A DNA stretch of 63,621 nt, the filler included, from Collodictyon triciliatum (taxonomy: Eukaryota): NCBI GenBank assembly GCA_043381765.1. It is 9 parts of 9 records of this genome, joined end to end, with 100 filler letters (N's around TTAATTAATTAA, not from the genome) between each part and the next. Parts side by side here need not be neighbours in the genome. Positions count along the whole stretch, not along the records: positions 8,372 to 16,646 come from JBHJMP010003499.1; positions 16,747 to 25,013 come from JBHJMP010003500.1; positions 25,114 to 33,378 come from JBHJMP010003501.1; 6 more parts are not named here. One strand, written 5' to 3'. A model generated the notes under the pieces. That model worked only from the letters and a program-made list of their open reading frames with translations, was not told the origin of the DNA and ran no database searches. This document shows positions 12,633 to 25,838 of the stretch, piece after piece (position 1 is the first letter of the stretch; each line of letters begins with the position of its first letter). Made by a program: the position numbers and the translations under genes.

Positions 12633-15600
12633 CTATTGGTTATCTAATGGAATCGAACTTGATGTTGTTCTAGACTTTGCTTTCGATTTCGTCTTGCTGG
12701 CCAGCTCGTATGATTTCATCATTCCAGTCGATAAGGCAGTATCTAGGATTATTATCCAATATATAAGTTTTCTGCTGTCGTGACATTCGCTTCATGGACT
12801 CTTCGCCAAACAGTGTTCACCTTTCAATGCCGACCGGTCAACCCAACAGGCACCCTTGAAAGAGGAATTTATCTCTGGTTTCAAATCACCTATGAAAAAG
12901 ATTGCATCAGTTGTCATACTGAGCTAGGACTTGACAGTTATTTGAGCGTGTTTTGCTCATTATTAAATTATTTTTACGCATATGGTTTGATGAACTGATG
13001 TTCGCAACGTCAAGAAATAGGAGAGATTTTAGGTATCGCTATTGCGTATTGACGAAAGCAAACCTGACAGTTTTAAACACTCGATGAATATTGTTTGGTG
13101 AATATGGGTAAAATGATGAATAAGACTCCCGACACTATACCGAACGTCAATCTCAACTAATCAAGAGGAATGGCTGTGAGTTTGCTTGCTCTCTGCGAGA
13201 ACTTCAATGGTATAGAATCGTAAAGAACCGCATATCGAGCAGAATATGGAGGCCTCTAACCTTTGTGCGTATCCAACATGGACTTATAATCAACCAGCAC
13301 GTCGTTCAGAAGTGAGTTGATTTCTTCCTGGCGGATACTCTCTGGAACATCTGGTTCTATTGCTCGAGTTGGGAACTCCATCATCGAAGCCAGCAACCCT
13401 GTTTCAGGGCGTTTCAGAAGAAGGAACGTTTCTTCAGAGGGCTGTTTCCTGTGAAATAATCGGAAGTGCTTTTCAGTGATGTTTATAAAAGTTAAAAGGC
13501 TACTGCAAAGCATGATTCCGTAAGCAGTGAATGTGCTTAGATGCTTTTGAAGTATATGTGGAGATTACTTTCCCTTCCAGGAGACGATGCATGTCGTAAT
13601 GTATTCTTCTCGACGCTCTTTCTTTTTGGACTTAAGTGGATACGCTTCCACACACATGATGCCTTTTAAATCACCACAAAAATGGCATCCGCTCTGCACA
13701 GTCCGTTTGTTCGTGCTGCAAGTTTCCTTTGAATCTGTAGTATTTGGCTCGATTTATCCAAAGTGGACGTATGCTTGGTCATTCTCAACAAATGTAAAAT
13801 CAGGAAGTTCAAATAGGGCTAAAGTGTGCATTTACCTATAGTCTCCTTAGGGCCAATCGCATTTGATATCGAAAAGCGATCGAATGCCATGCAACTCTTC
13901 CTGACAGGACATGTTGAGCACGCAGGCTTCAACGGTGTACAAACAGTCGCACCAAGTTCCATGAGCGACTATTCATTTATTTTAGTACTTAATATATGCA
14001 AATCTATTTTGAAAAGTGGTTAATTGTATGATTGATTACAGTATCATTTATATATATATATATATATATATATTATCAAACATACCTGATTCCAATCACC
14101 ACTTCTTCGATGATACACTAAGTGATGTGCCATTTTCCTTAATGTGAATCAATTTAATCTTTTTTTTTGACAATCAAAGTGTGAGGTGTTTTTTCTTGTG
14201 GAAACAACCCTTGCCTTTCTTATGTTTTTATTCCCCATAATTCGTATGTTGTCTTTTGAAGATTGCATTTCTTTTAAGCTTTTTCATCCTTATGTGTTTA
14301 AAAGTATTTTCATCTAATCTGAGGACACCTCACAAATCTAAATGCTATACCATGTGACTGTATCCATTCGTTTATCCTTCGTTTCGAGGCCCAGTGCGAA
14401 AATGCGAGAAAACACCCTGATTACGTTGCCATCAACCAGCGGCCACGGATGCCCAAAGGCAATGGAGCCTATGGCACCTAATTGTAAGGATTATGAATGA
14501 TGCTAGATAGTAGATTATGAAATAGAGGGGGGAACCGTGTTTAAATCATTATCCTTTGGTGTGGAGTTGTCTACCGCATGTATATTCGCCGATTCCAGGG
14601 ATTGACATGATGTCCTCTCGCGAGCGAGGAAAACGTCCTCCATAATCGCGAACAATCTTCTTTGCACCCTCTAGCAGATAATTTGCTCTTCTATAGTACC
14701 CCAATCCAGCCCAAACTTCATTTACCTCCTACGGGCACATACAGTGCTTTTAGATACTCATCGGATGTGGATTGAACTCAAATGTGTGGAAAAATATTCA
14801 TGGTATTCCCTGTACCATTGGTTTTAGTCACAAAAATACAATTTTAATTCGACTGTCTTAATGAAAAATAAAGGCTTTGTGATTGAGTGTCCACTTGAAT
14901 CGATGCTGCAGCTAAATCGACAACAGTGGGCCACTTTTTCATCCAGCTGCATAGTTTGCACAAGGTTAGTTGAAGACCATCATTGACAAAAGCTCATATT
15001 TGTATGTAATTAGAGGGGAATTCAATCATCGTTTATTACTTTTCAAAGTAAGAGATAACTGTTTGCACTCTGTTGTATAAGTTGGTAAGTTAGAAACAAA
15101 CTTTCTCATGATAATATTTTGCCGATATCATAACAGGATGTAAAAATGTATTGCGGAGAGCAAATTTGACAAAGAAAATGGTTATATTGATTTGATAATA
15201 TCGTGACAAATTTTATTGGCGAGTTTCAGATATATGTATGTTAACCTTGTTTGTTGAAGCATGAGCTCAGATACCCAAATTCTATATGCTCGTGTATCGA
15301 TCTCTTCTTGAAGAGCATCAGTCCTCAGTTCTGTCCTCCATGGCAGATCTCTCTTGTGGACATCATACCAACCCAATAACTTATGCTGAAACTTTGGCGA
15401 GTAAAAAAAGAAGAAAAAGAGAAAGAATATAAAATTCATCCGGCAAACCATCATTCGATGAAATGAGAGATCCTTCATATAATATAGGATGGCAAAATTA
15501 TTCATAAAGTATCAATAAATGCTTTCTTGATGATGGATATGGCATCTTCATACCTCGTTTACTTGGATTGAATCCATCATGTGATGACGCGGAAGGTCTT

Positions 15601-16298
15601 CAATATCATTCCCATAACGCGGGATTGAGGTTTCTTGCTCTGTATTTCGCTTCCTTTTAACTCTTTTTGGAGTCTGGCAAGGCATTAATTCATATTGCCT
15701 TAGTGATTAGTATAAAAGCAATTTTCAAGTAGTGAGATGAAGTGTCCAGTGCATACTTGTTTTTGACATCACAAATAAAAAGTAAAGTTTTTAACAAAAC
15801 AAAAAAAAGCCATAATGCAATAAGAAAAATCACAGGATAATATGCCTTTGTCTTTGAGACCTTAGTTTCAATCCCATCTTCATGTATCTTTAATCCTTCT
15901 TGCTTCATCTTCATAGAAGTTTCACTTTCTTCCATATGCTCCGTTTTTTCAGAGTTTACAGTGCAAATAGTCATGCTGTTGTTCTCATTTTCTTCCTTGG
16001 TCTGCAATTGGTTTCCTTTGCAGCCTTTGCTACCACCAGGGCCTATCGGAACTGTCTCGAGTATATTCTCTTTCCTGTCAGCGGTAGGCTTCCTACTTGA
16101 TGAGGAAGCGTTGCGGGGCTCAAAGTCTGAATCTGGATCCGAATTACAGTCTGGAGAGAGTTTGAAGCGCTGCCTGCTGACCCTCCCGCTTCCGGTAACA
16201 ACTGGGACACTCTCCTCTGGCTTGAAGAATGAGCGAATGTTCTGCTGGCTGCTGTTCTCTACCTTGGGCTGGCTGCGCTTTGTCGAGGTTCTTCCCAT
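12633..16298 (-). CDS. MUTYH: A/G-specific adenine DNA glycosylase (MutY homologue), multi-exon
   Basis: Exons give [44 protein letters not shown] (HhH), [34 protein letters not shown] (4Fe-4S), [21 protein letters not shown] and [12 protein letters not shown]. Stop at 12633-12635. Confidence 0.95.
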
Positions 16299-16302
16299 TA
16301 CC

Positions 16303-16646
16303 TATTGGTTTTTATTGGGTTTTTATTGGGTTTTTATTGGTTTTTATTGGTTTTTATTGGTTTTTATTGGTTTTTATTGGTTTTTATTGGTTTTTATTGG
16401 TTTTTATTGGTTTTTATTGGTTTTTATTGGTTTTTATTGGTTTTTTTATTGGTTTTTTTATTGGTTTTTTTATTGGTTTTTTTATTGGTTTTTTTATTGG
16501 TTTTTTATTGGTTTTTTATTGGTTTTTTTATTGGTTTTTTTATTGGGTATTTTTATTGGGTATTTTTATTGGGTATTTTTATTGGGTATTTTTATTGGGT
16601 ATTTTTATTGGGTATTTTTATTGGGTATTTTTATTGGGTATTGGGT
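16303..16646 (+). repeat. Contig-end tandem repeats (TTTTTATTGG)n / (TTTTTATTGGGTA)n
   Basis: Seen directly. They generate spurious FYW-rich ORFs. Confidence 0.95.
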
Positions 16647-16746
16647 NNNNNNNNNNNNNNNNNNNNNNNNNNNNNNNNNNNNNNNNNNNNTTAATTAATT
16701 AANNNNNNNNNNNNNNNNNNNNNNNNNNNNNNNNNNNNNNNNNNNN
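16647..16746. other. Artificial contig linker
   Basis: N44-TTAATTAATTAA-N44. Confidence 0.98.
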
Positions 16747-16790
<44 letters not shown>

Positions 16791-18071
16791 AAAAAAAAAA
16801 CAAAAAAAAAAAAAAAAAAACAAAAAAGCAAAACAAAAAAGCAAAACAAAAAACAAACAAAAAACGTCTCCTTTCTCTCCAACCCGCAAGATAACAAAAT
16901 AGCCAATAGCAGAATGACCCCAGACACCCCGGTGGAATCTGATTACATCAATGAATGGGAAATACCACTTCTATCGACTTGCTTTCGTCATCCTCTCACG
17001 TGTAATTTGTTGTCCTGCCGACATCACATAATAATACAAAATGAAAATAATAAAAATTACCATTATTGCCACAACCACCACAGTAACAGCAAATATTACA
17101 TGGAAATCGAAAAGAAAAAGATGGACTAGAAATCAAACCAAATACTGATACCGATTAGCCAAACGCCACGAAACTGAATAAAATACGCTCCGTAGGCTGC
17201 TTCTTTTGCCTCTTCCCATGCATCCCTGCATATCAGCACCGCGTTGCCTTGGTGGGCGAACCATTCGTGTATGAGTGTTGTGGTGGCCTCGAATGGTATA
17301 CCCGATGCTATAATCCATGGGTTCGTCCCTTCCCTCGTTTCTGTCTGGCCTGCGAATCCTGCTGCTGTTTTTGTGGAGCTATAGCAGTGAATCATGCATT
17401 AATCCAGGAGCGCTTCAAGTTACAGGCATGTGCCCTCGTCGCCATCTATAAGTGGATGCTTTGAACACAAATCAGTCTAGTTTGGTTTTCCTAACAATGT
17501 CTCCACAGATTCTACCATATGATAGATGTGCGTACAACGCTGCAGATCCCTGTTACGCTCTGCTTTGTCATCAATGCGTGTGCTTTGTTTCATTTGATGA
17601 ATCGTTGCCCTTGATGGCGTCCATAATCTGGCTCCTCCATCTGCCTGTTGTTGGGTGCATGAACACACAAAATAAGGTGGAGCTTCAGAAGAGGGGGATT
17701 ATTCCATCCAGCATGGACATGTTTTAATTACTCCCAGGATGGGTGCTTCTGCTTTTATCCCTATTATTCTGCTTTAACTCTACCGTTCTTACGTAGATGC
17801 GAGGAATATTTTGGACACACTCAAAATAATAAAAATGATGATGCAAAGGGAATGCAGAGGACGATAAAATCCTGAGGTTAATCGCCTCCAACCAACCAAA
17901 CGCAGTCTTGTTGGAAAATGATAATTCACTCGAATCTTGTATTGTTCCTTTAAAACTCGATGAAGATGTGATTTTGAAGTTTATGCCGTAGACGCCAATA
18001 TGAAGAACCGAAATATCGTATCTTTGTAAATGGTCAAACACTACAGATGCTTGGACGTCTTTCGTTTACAA

Positions 18072-18146
<75 letters not shown>
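18072..18146 (+). repeat. (AAT)n microsatellite
   Basis: Seen directly in the sequence. Confidence 0.97.
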
Positions 18147-18147
<1 letters not shown>

Positions 18148-18287
18148 TATAAGAATTATAATAATCTTGAGGGGTGATTTTATTCAATCATGCAATCAAG
18201 TTGCTGCAAGAGGTTTATTATCCTTCCTTTGCTCTTTTTTCTCTGGAGAAAGTGAAAGAAAACGAGCTTTCGAGATAGAAGAGTCTT

Positions 18288-21200
18288 TCACTTCTGGATA
18301 AAGTATACCGCACCTTTCAGAGGCCCTTTGGCAGAGTCGAACGGGGCAGAGACGATAACCGTGTTTGCTTCCACAGCCACGTCATATCCAAACCCGTCTG
18401 AACCATCTGCGAGACCCAAAGCGTGACGAGTTGTCTGAGTCCATTTCTCTCCATGCACAACAAACTCGTAAGCAGACCCTGGATGAGTTCGTTCGAGTGT
18501 TAAGAAGAGTGAATATAATCGTATATCATACGCAAGCCAAAAAAGTAAAAGTAAAAGTAAAAGTAAAAGTAAAAGTAAAAGTAAAAGTAAAAATAAAAAT
18601 AATCAGATGAAACTTTTCAAATAATGTTTGTGGGAGAGCGCAAAAACAAATATCGAACCTCTAAAGGCGCATTTCAGACTCCCGTAACACGGTTGCGTAC
18701 CAACAACAAGGGTCTCGCCGCTGATATCAAAGCTAAATCCAAAGTATTCGTCAACAGTGCTTACGCTAGGTCGAATGGTTGCTGTTTCAACAAACTGGCC
18801 ATTGCTGTCAACCTTGTATGCGGTGATAGAACCCGCGTTGGATCCCTTGGTTCCATCATTGATGGCAGACACAAATAGTATCTGATTGCCGAATTTCACT
18901 CCCCACCCAAAACCAAGCTTTGATTGGTCTGTTATTCTTTGCGTTTGGCGCCATTTCTTTCCTGACAACTGCATGATGTAGACGGCTTGGTGAGTAGGAT
19001 TTGTGGGGTTGTTGGAGGTTGCCAACAAGGATTCGCTGTACAGCGAAACAGAGGAACCGAAAAACTCGTTTTCGATTTGAAGCGGGGAATTTATGAATTT
19101 GGGGAGGGCCTCCCAGTTCCCTGCTGTATCTCTCCTGAATATATAGACTCTGCCAGATTTCAATGTCTTTTGTGTGTCATGCTTTGGAGAACCAACTGCT
19201 ATTACATTATTGAAGGTTGAGAGACACTTTCCAAAATCAAAGCGGCCTGTCAATCCTTTGGGTCTCAGAGACACAAACTTTGAGAAGTTGTCCCTCACTG
19301 GATCCCACTTATATATTGTAACTATCCCGACAGACCCATCGACGTAGATAGAATCTGGGGCAGAGACCAGAAGCTGTTGATTGCTGAGGTGGATTTGGGA
19401 ACCGAATTTGATGTCTCTTTTGTAGTAAGGATTCCTAATTTTCTTGACAAACCCCCATAGACCGTCGATAAGTCTGTATGCCAGCAGGAAGCCGCCATCA
19501 CACGACACAGAAGGATTGACACAGTAAGGAACAGAAATGATTGCTGTTCCATTTGCTATAGAAACTTGATGTCCCATGTATTGAGATTTTGATGCATCCT
19601 CTAGTTTGAATAGGCTGACAGATTTATGAGGTTGGGTTACTGTAACTGAGATATTTCTTGCCTCAAACACTTTTCCATCGCTTATCTGAATCGTGAAATA
19701 GTCTTCATATGACCTGTCAGGTGCTGGAGTGTATATTAGTGTGATACCACCGGAAGGCATAGGATATTTAGTGTTGGCAGAGATAGTGACGTCATTCATC
19801 CTCAAGGGGAGAGAGGGGTACATCGGCAGCTTTGTTATTTCAAAAGTAATTAAATCTTCTTCGTCAACATCCTGTGCGTAAACCGTAATGAATAATGTTT
19901 CGTTAACTCTACTTGTGAATGTCGTTGAAACATTTAGTAAGGGCGCATGATTTACTGGATCAACGTTGATTGACAACGACCGTTCAACAGACCTGAGTAT
20001 CCCATCATACACATAATACATAAATGTCGTCAATGGTCTCCCGTCATTCAGCTTCGGTGGCGTGTACCGTACCACTGCCTTCCCTTCACTCATTGGAATC
20101 GCTGTGCTTGTCGTCACGCTCGTGTTGCCATATGTAAGCGCCCCTATGCTTGGTGTTTGTGATACATACGCTGTGATGGTATCTTGGTTGTCGTCTTTTC
20201 CTTCCAATACTATGTCGACATAGCTGTCTTCATCACAATCACTCAGGGTGACGGTGGTAGCCTCCGGTGCGAAGTTGACATGGTGGACCGTCACTTGGAG
20301 TAAAAGCGGGTTGGATGTGGAGTTGTGTGAGTCTTTTGTGACGACAACAATCGATGCGGCTACTCCATGCATCAGAGGTGGAATGTCCACATTGATAAGC
20401 CATGTATTGGGCGTATCAGGTGTCATGTATGTAAGACTCGCGTTTGCAACCACAACACGACCTTCATTCATAACTGCAACCCCTCTCAATGTGGTGATGG
20501 TTGATATCACTGCATCGATCGCGTCTGCATCAGGGTCGACACCACTGATTGTAAACGATACTGTTTGTAATGTTTGAGATGCTTGACTAGTGATGTTTGG
20601 CTCAGTAGAACTGACAAATGGTGGAAAGTTCTTGTCAGCTATATACGCATTGATAGTCAAGTTGGACGACTTTGCATGATTGCTGCTTACTAGCGTATAC
20701 GCGTCTCTACTTGCGCCCAGCGAAACCAGTTTGGATGGAGGCAACGGTGCGGCATATATCAGATGGACTACCGGTTTACTGGAGTTTGTAGCAGGGATGA
20801 CTTGCCCGCTTACAAGCTCTTCGCCTGATATTTCCCCATCGCTGTCAGCCAGATACAACTTCCCAAGTGTCGGGGCAGATGCGAGACTCAGAGTGACTCC
20901 CAGTCCGTCAAGATCGTAAGTGTTTACTGTCGTTAACAAGAGCTCTTGCTCTTTGATAGACACACTGGATGGAGTCGACATGAGCACAGGATTACGAGCA
21001 ACGAAAGACACATCGAATGACACATTCTTTGGAATTGATATGACATTGTTATTATCGATGGCGATGTATTGGAACGAGTCGAGGGCATCTCCATAGTCCT
21101 TGGTCAGTCCAGCAGAAGGTGGGGTGTAAACAACCAGCACAGGTGTAAGGATAACAGCAAGAGGTGTTGTATATCCGTCGGTTACGGTTGTATCACCAAT

Positions 21201-24041
21201 CGCCAGTTTACCAAGAAATCCGCTCGGTATTATGAACTGTATCTTTACCTGGTCTCCAGAGTCAAGGTCATTTGGTACGATAGCAAAAGTAACCGGAGTG
21301 TAGCGATTGGTTCGGACTGGGTTCGAAGAGACTGTACCACATGGGGCTCGATTAGGGAACATCACATATACAGTCACCTCTGCACTCAAAGATTCAACTT
21401 TTCCATCACTTGCGGTGAATAAGAAGGATGTTTCCAGATCATCTATAGAATACGGGGAGTTCAAGAAGGTGACTGAAGACGAGAATCCAAGAGAAAAGGG
21501 AACCGTGGTAATCAGGTCTCCGTTGAACGAAAGAGTTCCATTTGAAGGCAATGACCATATTGTGTAAGTCAATTGCTCAGCTGGTATGTTAGCATCCGTG
21601 GCAGAAAGTGATATAGAAAGCATAGACTCTTCTATAAGTGTAAGCTGCTGGGATTGAACCGATGGCCTAATGTTGACGTAGTTGACGGTTATCGGCACGG
21701 TCTTTGTGTCAGCCACTTGGTTGTTGTCAATCACCTGTACACTGATTTGGTCTGTGTAGAACTGGTTCGCTGCTGGCGTGTATGTCAGTGTCACTCCGTT
21801 GGATGGGAGGGTGTACTTTGCGTTTACGACTATCGAAGTGCTTCCCATCATCAGCGATGAACCAACTCTGGTCGGTAGCGCTGTCACGGCAAAGCTCAGG
21901 GTGTCACCCACGTCGACATCTTGTCCGTTGATAAGAATCGAAGCTGCAACATTCAGGTTGGTGGTGACTGCTGTCGGCACAATCGCTGTGGGGGCGTGGT
22001 TCACGTGGTTGACGTTGATAGTATACGTGTTTGTATTGGAGACCCCATTTCGATTATCAGTAATACGAAAAGTGAAAGTGGCATAAGGTGTCCCGTATCC
22101 GATATAAGGTGGGGTATAAGACACCTGAGAACCATACGCAAATGTCCTAGGGAGCGAAGTTGACGAGATGGTGGTTCCTGTGCTGTCGACGAGATTTCCT
22201 AATGCAGGAGCGGTCACAATTGTGAATGACAACGTCGAAACTGTGTTGTCGGGGTCGCAGTTGGCATGGACACTCCACATGTTGTTTACAATCGAATTTG
22301 ATGAGCTGCTCTCTTGAATTGTCAGGGCGACCGGTGAGGATACAGGGGGCTGGTTGACGAAATTTACGTTTACGGTGGCTGTGTAGGTATTGGAAGAAAT
22401 GTAATCCTTGACATTAAATTGGAACGTCATCAATGCAGTGCCATAGAGATTCGTTGTGGGCGATACCATCACTCTCCAGGAAGTCGGAGTGAGACTGGGA
22501 AGGACAGTTCTGACCGTGGTAATTTGACTTCCACGAGAGGTCCCATCAAAAGTGCTAAAAATTTGACCATTCGATGGGATTGTAAGGATAGTTGCGGTCA
22601 AAAGGTCACCATTGGCATCATTCGCAGATACATTAATTACCCCATTGGTATTTTGGTTTATCGTGATGGTAACCGAGGAAGAAGTCGGGGCACTGTTGGG
22701 TCTCAAGTTTACGGTGATAGAAATCTGAGCATTACCAGACATTATCATGCCATTCGTCATCTTGAATTGGAAAGAGTCTGAAATAGCAGATGTGATGTAA
22801 GGATTGTTACTTTGGTAAAAGACACGATTGATTGGGTCAGCGACAGCAGTGTTAGCGGTGATCTGGGCCCCTTTCGCCCCGGCGTTGTATTGGAATAGAA
22901 TACCCTGTGTGGGTATCGTGGCAATTGTAGCGAATAGGTTGAGATTGTTCGCATCTGTGCCAGTGAGTTGGATGACCGTGAGAAATGCAGCCGTGGTTGT
23001 GATGGAGGCTGGGACGGGGGTCGGGGCGTATGGTGCGTAAGACAAGACGTCGATGCGCACAATAACAGGAACAGTCTGTCCATTAACCAACTTCTCTTCA
23101 ACGGAAAAGGTCGTATAGGGCTGGCCGTTGGTGTTGGTTGCTGGTGTAAACACAAGATAGGAATTTGTGTTCGTAACCGTTGCAGTCGTTGAAGTGATTA
23201 CAGCGCCCTTTGTTCCGTCTGCGTTCACTTGGGAAAGAACTCCGCGCGAGGGGAGAGATAGAAACTTAATTGAGGCTGCGGCACCGGCGTTAAGCTGGAG
23301 CGTAATCCGGACGTCTGTGTTCATCGGCGTGGTTGCCAGGAGAGTGGTTGGGAATTCGTTGTTGTCGATGGAACCGTCGACTGTAACGAAGAAGACGGCG
23401 TCGTTATAATCTCCATCTCCTAGGTTGTACAAGTCCTCAAAGCCGATGAGGACTTTACCAGATGTGCTTTCAGTGAACATGGCAATGTGTTGCTTACCGT
23501 CAGGGTTCTTCGTCCAGATGGAGTAGAATGTCATGCTGGTAAGGTCGGTTGACCAGAACTGGTTGGTGAATCCATTCGCAATCAGGAAGAAACCAACTCT
23601 TCGCCCGGCTGAGAACGGCCCTATCTTGACTGTTTGACCAGTCTGGAGGGTTGCTGGAGAATTAGACGCGTCTGGGAAAACAATATTCTTGGACACAATA
23701 TTCTGGTTGGCATCAAACACGAAGTAACCGAGGGCGTTTCGGTACCCAGCACCCTCTGTGATGAATGTCATGTGGATGGTGCTCGTCGAAGTAAAGATTA
23801 AATTTGGGTTGTTGCTTGTGCTGGTAATCTCCGGGGCTGGGTTGTTGTACTCCGGGAGCCACTGGTTCACAGAGGCCACCATGCTTGGGGGCTGCGGGAT
23901 GATGGTGGAGCCGAGGCAAATAGCAATCGACAGGTCAGGGTTCAGCACAAGGCCGAATGGTTGCGGATTCGGAACAGTGCATTGTCCATGCGCGAACCCA
24001 AAAAAGCAGACCATCGCCGTGAAGACTAGGAGGCACTTCAT
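18288..24041 (-). CDS. Secreted ~1857-aa adhesin-like protein: signal peptide, DUF4114-like domain, tandem Ig/cadherin-like (Big_9/tandem-95-type) repeats, FG-GAP beta-propeller. Exons 24041-18659 and 18478-18288
   Basis: Signal peptide MKCLLVFTAMVCFFGFAHG. DUF4114-like motifs EGAGYRNALGYF and IGFEDLYNLGDGDYNDAVF. About 12 ~100-aa repeats (NHAPTA...D.D.D.L...P..G.L...YTP...F.F...D) and FG-GAP units (FGSSVSL, FGFSFDISG). A phase-1 GT-AG intron at 18658-18479 adds GSAYEF...DGFGYDVAVEANTVIVSAPFD...GAVYFIQK*. Confidence 0.9.
18541..18600 (+). repeat. (AAAGTA)n microsatellite inside the adhesin intron
   Basis: Seen directly in the sequence. Confidence 0.9.
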
Positions 24042-24948
24042 TTTAAATAAAAAAATAAAAAATAAAAAAAGTTATTCAGAATGAATGATTATTGTAGTCC
24101 ATCATTTATCAAAACACTGGTTCGTTTTTTTTTTTTTGGATGAAAGGCAAGAAAAGAAAAGAAAGAAAAGAAAAGGAAAAGGAAAAGGAAAAGAAAAGGA
24201 AAAGAAAAGGAAAAGAAAAGAAAAGAAAAGAAAAGGAAGGTGGAGATGATCGTGAGAGTATGAAGCCCTCACTTGTTGTTTTCTGAAGGAATCCATACGC
24301 AGGGTGATTCCTGATAGATAAAAGAGTATTTGATTAGTGAAGCACCGAACAGTCTTCCTCTCAAAAGTCCCGTCTGCCAAAGGGTTGCTTGGGATGCTGG
24401 GGGCCAGTCGAGTCAAGCGGGCGTCTTCTTCTTCAGTAGGTACAAGCAGTTCATGGTGCTGGAGCCCATCACTCGGAAAGAGCAAAGACTTTATACTAGT
24501 AGCTTGTTCTGAGGTTGGAATCAGACACGAAACATGTACGTACCGTTCTGCCGTTTATGCGCTCGTTCTGAACCTTCAACCACACTGAATTGATTTTTTT
24601 AAGCTCATTTAATTGAAGACATTCAGAAATACCACATTATAGGCTTAATTTCTGTTCTTTCTTCTTCTTTTTTTTTTTTTTGCGTGTGGGTGCGAGTGAC
24701 ATCTCAAATCTTCGTTTCCAGGGTCTTGTGCCTAGTTGGCTCGCACACGCGCAGGCAGTGTAGCTTCGGACCCGAAAGTCATTACACCATCCAATGAAGC
24801 GAACAGATTATTTCAAGGATATGGGTGCCCATTTTGCAGATGCGGCGCGCTGTTTACGGTGTTGCTTTGGAGGCCGAGGCTGGGCTGCCTTTGTTCTTTG
24901 GTTATTAACTAAATATCCCAAGGTGAATGTTCATGGCCTTTTCTCTTG

Positions 24949-24980
<32 letters not shown>

Positions 24981-25013
24981 TTTTTTTTTTTTTTTCTTTT
25001 TTTTAAAATAATT

Positions 25014-25113
25014 NNNNNNNNNNNNNNNNNNNNNNNNNNNNNNNNNNNNNNNNNNNNTTAATTAATTAANNNNNNNNNNNNNNNNNNNNNNNNNNNNNNN
25101 NNNNNNNNNNNNN
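25014..25113. other. Artificial contig linker
   Basis: N44-TTAATTAATTAA-N44. Confidence 0.98.
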
Positions 25114-25838
25114 AGAGAAAAGAGAAAAGAGAAAAAGGGAAAAGAGAAAAAGGGAAAAGAGAAAAGAGAAAAAGGGAAAAGGGAAAAGAGAAAAGAGAAA
25201 AGAAAAATAGATAGATTACAAGGTTGATAAGAAATATTGTCGAAGAGATTACCAAATCCAGCCTTTATCTTTTCACCCGCTTTATTGAATGTCACTCTTA
25301 CGGCAAACTTTTATGACTTTTATCTGCGCGTTTTGATACACTTCCAACTCTCTTTCTCTACAACCCCACTCACAGGACATCCAGGGAATTTTCGCTCTTG
25401 GCTTACTCTCTGCATTCAATGGCCAGGTAATGACTTTCTCGCTGCGAATCCTGTTTGATTTGTACTATGTTTATTCACTTTCCTTCCTGTGGGGGAGTAT
25501 AATAACACACTGACCGAAATCTATGATGCCTTTCTCTTTTACCTTGAATCGAACAGAGGTAAAAAAGCATTATTTTGTCTTGAATACTTTTCTTTTCCAT
25601 ACCCGACCCTCATTCGTATCTTATACATAAATTGATGCATAAATTGATGCATAAAAGAAAGGGACAGTCACCTACATAATAAAAAAGAAAAGAAGAAAAT
25701 AAGCCAAGCCCAGCACTGTTGTTTACTTTACTATCATATTTCTCCTTTTTTTTTTTTGGATTCAATATGTAAAAATATCCTTGTGTCGCTTTTAAAAAAA
25801 AAAAGTAGTAAAGGCATACTTCTCTCATGCTGTTGCAG

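Noticed and set aside
16303..16646. TTATTGG/TTATTGGG repeats as a telomere
   Set aside because: Units vary (10-13 bp), the array abuts the MUTYH start, and other contig ends carry unrelated microsatellites. It looks like an assembly-breaking repeat.
17126..18041. Minus-strand ORF fragments downstream of the adhesin
   Set aside because: No recognisable domain or consistent exon chain. Possibly UTR or an unresolved small gene.
18603..18658. ORF-track C-terminus of the 1812-aa protein (SIFVFALSHKHYLKSFI*)
   Set aside because: It reads into a GT-AG intron. The downstream in-phase exon completes an FG-GAP blade.
18624..24084. Many plus-strand ORFs overlapping the adhesin
   Set aside because: Antisense shadows of a long, GC-balanced coding exon, with no motifs.
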